A stretch of 64,000 bases of DNA from Haliotis rubra (lineage: Eukaryota): positions 248,001 to 312,000 of the forward strand of contig NW_025767537.1 in assembly GCF_003918875.1 (NCBI RefSeq), in the 5' to 3' direction. The position numbers were made by a program, and so were the translations under genes. Below are positions 53,423 to 64,000 of this stretch, piece after piece. Each line of letters opens with the position of its first letter. Positions within the stretch are counted from its first letter, which is position 1. The notes under the pieces are model-generated. The model saw nothing but the letters and a program-made list of their open reading frames with translations. It had not been told where the DNA came from and did not search any database.

Positions 53423-55049
53423 AATGTCGTTGATAACAGCACAACAATCAAATCAGTACATTCAAGGTAAATGACGATCACCTGTTAAAGTCATTCCATA
53501 CTTAAACTAGCACCGATCTACACTATTACGAAACAAGAGAACACGATCCCGTTAATCGCCTGTTATAATAAGCATGGGTTGCTGATTACCATTTCTAACG
53601 CGGAACTTCAGGGGGCTAAACAGTCATAAGGCTCAACATTTATAAGAATGTTTCTTCATTCCACATCCAGCCAAATGGTAAAGTTCATTTCGTTCAAGGC
53701 AATCTTTCAGGTCGTTCATGTTACATCTTGATCCGATGTTCCGAAACACACTAATGACTTTACTTGAGGTCCTTGGGGATATCAACCGTCTTTGATACGT
53801 TTAATAATGGTGTATATCTGCCTTGAGCGTGTCCTCCTACACATACTGAACTAATGTGTAATCTTTGACAGCTTTGAAAGCAGTTCACGCAAATGTAGTG
53901 TCAAGAAATTGGCTAACAAATCTCTATGGATTTGAATCGAAATGGCAAGCAGATAATGTTCGTTTACTTTACCAGTCCTGCTTGATTGACAGTAATTGTA
54001 TTGCAAAACTATGTGCCATGGTACCAATACATTATAGGCATTAGAGTAGCCTATATTAAATTTGCTTAAAGCCTTGGCTCATCAATCTAAATTTCCGGGT
54101 TCAATCCCCACATGGGTAAAAAGTGTAATGCAGAGTGGAGTTAAGGTGACTTTGACTGTTTACTGTGCTCTCTCTATTTTTTGTACACATGACAGATGAT
54201 ACATGACAGAACGGACATACTAAACTAATATGTGGAGACCATTTCTAATGTCCGTCACTGTGATGGTGCTGGAATGCTACTAAGACTCTCTTTCCCCACT
54301 CTATTACAAAGTACAGAACATTTATAATGACCACAGAATAGTTTCTTACTTTAAATTGAAATCCAATGCGATAATCGCTTGTAATCGCGGCCACAGATAG
54401 ATAGATAAATGAGCACCATGCCACCGACTCTGACACAATGACACACAATAAGTCTTGTCACACTTATCTGGCAAACTGGCACTGAAAACTAAGAACCTAC
54501 GGTTACCCTCTAGGACCACGGCATGTAGTTCACACATACTGACAGACATATGACAATACAACGTCATCAATTTGCACTACTACATTAATCCGTTTTAACG
54601 CGAGCCAAACCAGATCCGGTTGATGAAATCGGTGATACTTCTCCCCAATAAATCATGTCTCGACAAAACAAGGCAATGAAATAGTCCAAGCGTCAATGCA
54701 TTTCTCTCGCGATCCAAACACTGGCAACCCAAAACGCGCCAATTTTTCCACAAATTGGAACAGGAATAGAAAACCCTCTTTCCCGAGATGCGCAATACAA
54801 CTTAGTCACATGATCTGTCTCACTTCTCCATCCACTTGGCTTTTTGTCAAGATGCTGCAAACTGATATCCCTTTCAATGGACATATGCGCAACCCCATGA
54901 GACACTTACAAGACAGTGTTGTTTTATGTACCGAAACTGGTTCCAGATCTTATAAAGAGGCCGCCCACATGTACGTAGGATGTCTAGCTAGTCTCAATGG
55001 AGATAAACATCTCCTGGATGCGTGTCCGTGTTATAAACATTTAATCAAT

Positions 55050-58000
55050 GTGCATCAGATGTGTTTCAGTAAGAAATGAGAATGTCATGATCATCATTCA
55101 AAAACACAAAGTAGTGCTTTAATGAAGTGAGTAAATCACAACCACCAATCCCAGTATCTCACCATGGCTTGTTATAACAATATGTTAACGTGTTCTTTGT
55201 CAGTGACGTGGAATGTCGAAGTTAGATTGAAAGGTATTCCACTTCTATATTCTATTCCCTAAAACTTTATAATTGGAATATGTTCCGACATAAAACAACT
55301 AAATTCGTATTGGTCACTCAATAATATGACAGTCTGAGAGATTGTTTAGAAGGTCGTGAATGCATACTCAGCGTCCTTATTTTGGCAGCACGGTCATATC
55401 CTATTTACAACTTCTAATATAAGAGTACATCTGGAAAGCTCCTTTTTCTGCCCACATTGACTGTCACTTGCCGTGAATTACATGTGCACTCAGCTTTTTA
55501 GATTAACCCTTTTCTTGCAAATGTCATGGTTTCTGAAAGTCGTTACCTTTCCAGCTTTATGTGGACTGCCATCAATGTGGCATAGACACCACAATCTGTT
55601 CCTCAACTTTTAATCACATTGCCTACATTATCGGAGCTGTCTCGACTAGCATATTTTCATGTTTGAAAATACCAACAAATTTCTTCCGAAATGGCATTGG
55701 GTATATCACCACGCTCAAAGATTTCATTATTTGTTTTCAAGTCATAACAGAAGTCTATCTAGAAGAACGGTGGCGCAATGCAAAGTGACCATTTTACAAC
55801 AATGGACAAGATATACATGAAGGTGTCTGTGTTTTTTTTATATATGAATCGTTACGAAGAATGTCATTTTCTGGGAAATACTCATCTCTTTCTCTCATCT
55901 GGCTTTTCATGACCACGACGTCAGTTTGTAAGATCATTTCGACAATGAATCATGTCCCTGTTATGAAAAGGTTGTATCATATGATTATGTCGAATGCAGA
56001 AGAGGGTCATACTACAATTGAGAATGAATGGAAATGAATTCTGGAACATACAGCGCCAAATTAACTTTTGGTAAATTCCAAGGTTAGTGAAGTGTATAAT
56101 CATGTAGAGCAGCGGGCCTGTTTCAAACGAACTAATCAGTGAATTGCTTCTCTAAATTCCGAAATTGAATCAACGTGTCGGAAAATTAACACTTCTTCAA
56201 GATTACTTTATTCAAGAGCCGCCATTGTCACACTTTAAGTAATGGTATTTTTTACTGTGTTTTCTCTTCAATGAAGCTATATTAGATTGTTTCAGGAGAT
56301 CTAAAGCAGCCGATTGTTAGAAGAACGATTTAGTTGATATACTCAACTGAGAAAGTTCTGGAGTAAATGCATTATGGACACACAATGCATGATGCTTCCT
56401 GCATGGTCGGTAATCAACATGAGCACATTACCTTGATTGATGTCATTTTGACAACACTGTCACAGCTGAGGTGGCTACAGCGCCAAGTGTTCGACTGGAT
56501 CATTAAACTACTTGATTCTGCTGACGATGTATTTATCCTGCACATAAACGACATGCGTTTCGGGCATATATCCATCAGTCTTGAACATGTTTGTTTATCG
56601 TTAACACACTTCTAGATGGCATGAATACATCTCTATTGGGCATAAACACAAAACCAGTAGGTATTAACACACATTAAGTAGTTATTCTCACACATCAATA
56701 GCCCTTCGAACAGTTCCAAGTTGTAATCGTGCATCCGACTTAACACGTTTTGGAGGTATTCAAGCACATCAAATACAACTGCAAGCGTTTTAGTGTGCAT
56801 TCACACTCACGAACTAGATCTTCACGTATGACATAGGTAGTGAACTGGATCCAGCATGCCTTCACACGTTCTCGTACTCATTCACACACATCAAAGTGAC
56901 CATCGCTCATAACAAGTAGGTTGTTTCACAAATAATTACACACATCCATGACATCCATTTATTGTCAACCAGTGGAATCGCAGTGTTGTTTTGGTTATGC
57001 TTTCGCAGAATTTGGCCACGGTGTACATCGTTGTAAAATTAAGATTTACATTGTTGTCCGATGTATATTATTATAAAAAACTAAGAGGCATGTTGTTTTA
57101 AAGGTCAGATGCACATTAATTAAATAGTCGGTAATACTATTTAGACACTCATTTTGGTATTTTTTTTCCATTTGAAAATTACAACATATTTCAAGTCAAC
57201 GCTTTGAGTATACCACAAACCGCCTCTCTCAGCTTCTGTTCTGGTAGCTCCTCGGTACCTTGAGCTGAAACTGGGCTTAAAGTAACGTGGCAGTTTAATA
57301 CACTTTTCATGTATTCTTCTCATTCGAAAAGATTTTCAACATACTAGAATGTACATTTTTTAGACAAACCGTAAATGGATTTTCACAGGAACATGTGTGT
57401 AGTAGCACCTCCGCGGCAGGAGTAGGAAATGGATTTCGCTCCATCAGTATGGGGTAAACGAGGAAATCTCACGAATTCCTTAATAATTAACGACACCACT
57501 GGAATCCTGGTCTTGACTTAAGGCTGCCCGCAAAAAGCCAAACTGTTTGATCTCGTGGGTGTTAAGTCAAATGGACAAATTGTCGTAGTATTCATATGCA
57601 TTTAACAAGTGCGCTCAAAATTCACCATGTTAAGATCTTACTTTGCCTCCATATGCAACCAATATTTATGCCTGGTCTTTGTAAAGTACCCAAGTGTTTC
57701 TTAAATAATGTGATTTAATTCGTTGTGGGTAGGTGTATTAGCACAATATCAGTATCCTGTAGCACTGACGGTGGTGCTTGAATGAATGATGACGGGTTTG
57801 GCATTGTTCCATGGAGAGAAAGCTTAATATGGACGTCATCGACGTTTGCCATTTTGGTAAAAACCTCAAACCGTCTACCTACAAATCTACGACAATAATC
57901 AAGGAAAGAGCTGGGACTTCAAACGCGTGATGGAAGGATCCAATCCTCGTGGGTTCTCGGTGCCTGAGATTCTCGCACCAAGAGGGCTATAGGAGATAGT

Positions 58001-61000
58001 ACTTCTTTTATATCGCAAAAAGGTGAGCCTATCTTGACCAATACACATGGTATAAAATGTATAAATCAACATTTATTAAACAACACACAGATTAACCATA
58101 TTGGTAGCTTATAATACAGTTTGTGCTGTGGTCAAGGAGCTGTTGTTAATTCAGAAATACTTTGATGTATTATATAATGCCGTTTTGCGATGTGTATCGA
58201 AGAACTGATAAAAACAAACATGTTGTGCTTGAATAACCTTACGGGGATTTCCAAGCAGCATACGACTTGTGTGAAGATTAGGATTCAGACTTTTGGGATT
58301 AAAAGTAAAGTAACATTTCTCTCATGGATAACATCACACACTTCCCTCTGTATGGAAACGTCTGTGTACAGGGTACGAAATATCAAATCTGTAATTAATC
58401 ATTCAAAGCAAGCTAGGAAATTTGGAGACCCAGTTAGAGTAAATTCGCTGGTAACTTCATTTAGACCTACTTTTAGAGTAAGGGCACCACTGTCTTACCC
58501 TATGTGTAATTGTCTGCTACATAATTGTAAAAGGCATAAATATCTCATGATGGTTCTTCGCTACAAATGATGTTGGCTGCAAATGTGTCATTAACTGTTG
58601 GATGCTTATACCACAACATTCCAGTTGATATAGGACGAACGATCTTCGGACAGATATTTACGAGCACTTGACGAGCTACAGTTGAGATCTCTTTGGCTAC
58701 ATTTCTCTGCGCTTGTTCGACTGCAGTTGTCAGCATCAGTTCGGGGTAACACAAGGGAATTCTGTTTTACCAATGTTATTCTTAGTGAATAGTACATCTG
58801 GTGAATCTTATTCCAAATTACAACTATCACAAATCACCGTATTACCTAACGTTCTCATATTCACTTCCTTGGACATAAATTACCTATTCTGCAACTTACA
58901 GAAAGCTGAATGATTGTAACTCTCCGGGTCATTGTTTACCCTGTGGGACACTTATTCTGTCGTGAATCCCTGCCCATAAGTTTGTCAGGTACCACACATA
59001 CGTCAGTATTGGTTAAAGTAGATCTGGGGGGTTTACTCAGAGAAATCTGAAAAACAGCCAATGTCATTTTGACAACGTTTAACGCGCTACAGATGAACAC
59101 GACAGACAGTGTTTGATCTTTCACTGGTGGAAGGAATTACTTTTAAGCGATGAATACTTTGTTCATACGTATCTCCTGTCGATGAAAGGGTAATTGTGGA
59201 GAGGTTCAATGTTTTATAGTTAGTCATTATTTTATTGGCCAATTGGAGTATAGCATTATAAATGTACATACAATGAATCTCAAACTACAATAGGGATGAA
59301 TTTAGTAAATACATTTGCGTATCCGTCTCTCAGAGAATGATGAAATGAGTAAAGCTTCATCAACTGGCTACGACGCAGTTAAAAGAATCAGGGCGACGGG
59401 GAACGATTTAATCAATGGGCTATCGCACCCACCCTTAGTGTAATTACATGTTAATACAATACCTTACACATGATTATGTGAAAGGCATCGACCGAAAATG
59501 TCCAATGATCATACATCAAGTTATTTCTCAATTAATTTCGTTCGGAACAGCACAAACAGTCAAATAAGTATACTCAAGGTAAATCACCAGGGTCAATTTT
59601 CAACGTTTAGTTAACCCATACTTAAACTACACTACTGGTGTACGATCCGTTTAATCGTGTGTTATAACAAGCCGAAGACCATTTCTAACGCAGAACTTTA
59701 GGAGTTTTGTATAGTCATAAGGATAAATATTTAATAAGAATGTGTCTTCAAAGCAGATATTGATATCAGCCACAGGCTAATCCACGTCCGCGTTGGCGTT
59801 ATTAACTTCATATACAACAGACATCGTCGACGACGATTAAAAACATTATTATATAGAGTCATTCCTCAACCAAGCAAATGGTAAAGTTCATTTCGTTCAA
59901 GGCAATTCCCATTTCTTTCATGTTATGTCTAGATCTGATGATCCGATGCTCGTTAATAACTTTACTTGAGTTCCTTGGAGATATCGACCGTCTTTGATAT
60001 GTGTAATAATGGTGTAGATATGCCTTGAGTGTGTCCTCCTATACATACTGACTAATGTGTAATCTCAGACAGCTTTGAAAGCAGTTCACGCAAATGTAGT
60101 GTCAAGAAATTGGCTAACATATCTGTATGGATTTGAATCGAAATGGCAAGCGAATCACGGTCATTGACTTCGGCAGTCTTCCTTGATTTACATAATCGTA
60201 ATGTACATTAAACTAAATGCGTCAGAGCAGCCTAGAAAGTTTGTGTATAAAGCCTTCACTCACCAGTCCCAGGTACCAGTTTCGACATGGGTACAAAGCG
60301 TAAAGCACTGTAGAGTTAAGGTAACCTCCACTATTTACTGTGCTCTGTTTATTGCTCTCTTGGTCGATGGTCTCTAAAAACATACATTCTAAACTATGAC
60401 AATATGTGCAGCCATTTTCGATGTCTTTTGTTGTGATAGTGCTGGAATACAACTAAACCTCCCTTCACCCATACTTACAAGTGAAGAACATGTATCATGA
60501 CCACGGTTTGGTTATTGTCTCGTTGGCATTTCTGTGTCCTTATCACAACACCTTGTCTTGGCATCCTACCAGGGCAGTTGTTGTAGGCGTAAGGAAGTAT
60601 ACCACTCCAACAATCGCTGTGACTTATATATTAAGTAAAGCAGGACCTTTGTTCCCGTTGATAGTGAAAATAAACGGATTGTTTGATGGTGTTCAGTAGA
60701 TATATGGTTTATTGCATACAGCTGGGTAAAGATTACTTTTCTGAATAAAAGTATGCTCCCTTTTGTATGTAAAACATCAACGCCAGAGATCACAGCCACC
60801 CTCGATCATCCGCCTGTACAGATTCCATTTGGCGTCAAAGCAAATTAAAATGGCTGTGAAAATAACATGAATGGATCACTGAGAATCATGATACACCGGA
60901 AGCACCCCTAAATCTAACAATGAGCATAAAATGTAGGTGTTTGTTCCTGAATGCTTGTTGTTGTCATATATCTAGACGATGTGTAAACCTTCCACACTGG

Positions 61001-61745
61001 ACCAGGAAAATCAGTTAGCGATAGAATGAGCAGCCTGGTCACACTTAACTGGCAAACTGTCACAGAAAAGTAAGAACCTTCGGTAACCCTCTGGGAACAC
61101 AGCTTGTACTGCAGATCTACTGACAATAGTGACATATCACAATACAGCGTCACAACATTGCTGCACGCACTACGACGTTAATCTGTTTCAACGTATGCCC
61201 AACCAGATCCGGTTGATGAAGTCAGTGATACTTCTGTCCAATAAATCACGCCTCGGCAAAGTTAGGCAATGAAATAGTCAAAACGTCAATACATTTCTCT
61301 CGCGACCCAAACATTGGCAACCCAAACTATACCAATTCCTAGCTCAAATTGGAGCAGGAATATAAAACTCTCTTTCCCGAGAAGCGCAATACATCTTAGT
61401 CACGTGACCTGTCTCACTTTTCCATTTCTCTTGGCTGTTTATCAAGATGCTGCAAACTGATATTCCGTTCAATGGACGTATGCGCAATCCCAGGAGACTT
61501 CTACGAGACAGTGCTGTACAGTACTGTTTTATGCATTGAAACTGGTTTCAGACCTTTTAAAGAACTGATACCGGTTTCAATGGACGTATGCTCAATCCCA
61601 TGACACACTTACGAGACAGTGTTGTTTTATGTACTGAAACGGGTTCCAGATCTTATAAAGAGGCCGCCCACATGTAGGTATGGGGTCTAGTCTCAAGGGA
61701 GGTAGACATCACCTGGGATGCATGGCCATTAACATTCAAAGTGCA
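55050..61745. repeat. Long tandem array unit U6 (subfamily B)
   Basis: Core at 56141; boundaries approximate. Confidence 0.9.
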
Positions 61746-64000
61746 TCAATCAGATGTGTTTCAGAAGGAATATTATTGTCAGTACTATTATTGTATGAAA
61801 TCCAAGTACTATAGGGACAAAAGACTGATCTGTACTTCCGGCAATATGGTCAACAAATAAAAAAAAATAAAAACAGACAAATAGGTAATTCATTAAAAGG
61901 CCATGGGTCCATGATACAAAAATAGGTTCCATTCATTGAAGTAATTATGTTTCTCTGTTGGACTTTATATAAATATAGACATGAGTTATAGGTATCCATG
62001 ATTTCCTGATGAAACACTTTCGATAAAATATGTTACCGTGAGGGACTTGATATATAATTCTTTAAGATACATATTTCAAATGATGAAGTAACGCTCACGT
62101 ACAATCAATATATGAAATTCATCTTCAACAAAAATCTCTCTTTCGATACACTATTTACATAGCCGTTCAATTATGTTCCAAAATCGACTGCTGGTTTAAA
62201 CCTACTTGGACATAGTCTCGGATGTACAGGGAAGGGAGTGTAAGATATACATGTAACATATATTTGAAATGCTTATAATAGAAGGACTCAGATGAACTGT
62301 TGACAGAAGTATCATGAGTGTTGAAGGTTGTCAAATAATCTTTGTTTAAAAAGGTGACTGAATATCTTCTTATTAACCACGTACATCCAATATATGAAGT
62401 TATGAAAAATGGGTTAGTCCACTGCTCAGCATTAATTACCTAAGAGGGCTGCAATAACTGGTTTACTGTTCTTCAAACAAAATTCAAAACAACTTTGGGT
62501 TCTCCTTGAGGCTAACGGCGTTTTTTTCTTTGTTCTTCAAAAATAATAACAAAACAAAAAACAAATATATCCGAGCATGAAAACTACCAAACCCACGAGG
62601 GAAGACACCAGTATTGACGTTTTCATTTTATTTGATGTTATTGTTTCAGGGAACTATTGCTAGCTGGCATTTCACTTAAGGGACCTATGATCAGGGCCAG
62701 TTTCTGCTGGATTGAAATTATATGATACACTGAACCCAAAATCCAAGGTATTCCTTATTCCTTACGGAATTCAGAATAAAGTAGTCAAAAACACAAAGAA
62801 GTGATTTAATCAACAGAGTCAATCACAATGCCACTCGCAGTTTCTTACCATCTCTTTGTGGTTGTAACTCAACATTAAGGACGTTAACGGTTTTTTTGTC
62901 AGTGACGTTGAGCGTCGCAGTTGGATTGAAAGGTATTCTGCTTTTATATTCAATTACATTCTGCTTCCTAAAACGTTATAATTGAACATGTTCTGACGTA
63001 AAACGACATAAGTCTTACTAACGGTGCATTCAATAATGTTATAGCCTGCAGAGGTTGCTTAGGAGGTGGCGCATGTATACTCAGCGTCATTATTCTAGCA
63101 TCACGTCGATATCAGATGATAGGTCGCATTTTGAACTTCTGAGAGTGCATCTGGAATGCTCCAGTTTATGCCCACATTGACTGTCCCGTGAATTACACGT
63201 CCAATTAGCTTTTTAAATATCACCCCTTTTCTTGCAAATTTTATAGTTTCTGAAAGTCGTTACTTTTCGTGCTTTATGTCATCAATGGGACATGGACATC
63301 AACAACCTGTTCCTCAACATCTAACCACATTGTCTGCATTCTCGGAGATGTCGATGCTTGTTAGCATATGTTCATGTTTAAAACATCAACATGATCATTC
63401 CGATATGACACCGAGTATATGCCCACTCTCAAAGATTCCATTCATTCTCATACCAGAAGTGTATGTAGAAGAACGGTGATACAATGCAACATGACCTTTC
63501 TACAGCAATGTACAAGATACACATCAAGATGTATGGGGTTTCTTTTAAATATGAAACGTTACGAAGTATTCTGGGAAGCGCTCATTTCTTTCTCCCATCT
63601 GAATGAGTTCACACTCATCGTAAGTTTCACGATTTGGGTTTTGATGACCACAAGTATGAATTCTAGAACATTTATCGTTAAATGAACCTTTCGTGAATTT
63701 CCAAGGTTATTGGAGTGTATAAATTGAAAAGAGCAGCGTGCCTGTTTCAAACGAACTAATCAGTGAATTGCTTCTCGGAATTCGGAAATTGAATTAACGT
63801 GTCGGGAAATTAACACTTGTTCAAGATTACTTTATTCCAAGGCCGCCATTGTAACACTTTAAGTGATGGTATTTTTACCTGTGGTACTTCTTCAATGAAG
63901 CTACATTAGATTGTTTCAGACGATCTAAAGCAGCCGACTTTTAGAAGAACGATTTACTTGATATACTCAACAGAGAAAGTCCTGGAATAAATGCATTACT
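61745..64000. repeat. Long tandem array unit U7 (partial, runs off the window)
   Basis: gggaagacacc block ~62598, core at 63765. Confidence 0.9.
61860..62520 (-). mobile_element. Degenerate LINE 3' fragment (RTE-X/CR1-type)
   Basis: IERLCK*CIEREIFVEDEFHILIV..RY C-terminal motif near 62090-62170; insertion absent from U4/U5. Confidence 0.7.

Larger units (their letters stand above)
47660..55050. repeat. Long tandem array unit U5 (subfamily B)
   Basis: Core at 48988; boundaries approximate. Confidence 0.9.

Overview
AT-rich eukaryotic DNA, probably from a gastropod mollusc (abalone-like), inferred from its SINE families: tRNA SINEs with (CACT)n tails, V-domain SINEs and 5S-derived SINEs. I could not identify any intact host gene. 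The longest ORFs in the track come from a minisatellite or are Tc1 transposase fragments. Positions 1-12.5 kb hold minisatellites (143, 40, 27 and 42 bp units), SINEs, one candidate exon and an unidentified coding-like relic. From about 12.5 kb to the end of the window lies a head-to-tail array of at least seven diverged ~7-8.6 kb units in two subfamilies (U1-3 and U4-7). No reading frame is open across the unit consensus, yet each unit keeps islands of high nucleotide conservation. The strongest is an indel-free 74-nt core, 93-99% identical to consensus, at 15485, 24016, 32195, 40359, 48988, 56141 and 63765. It sits where a plus-strand and a minus-strand ORF remnant converge. The units carry many insertions (Tc1, MITEs, LINE ends, SINEs), and several have empty sites visible in sibling units. 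The origin and function of the unit (decayed endogenous virus or gene, structured ncRNA, piRNA source) cannot be settled from sequence alone.
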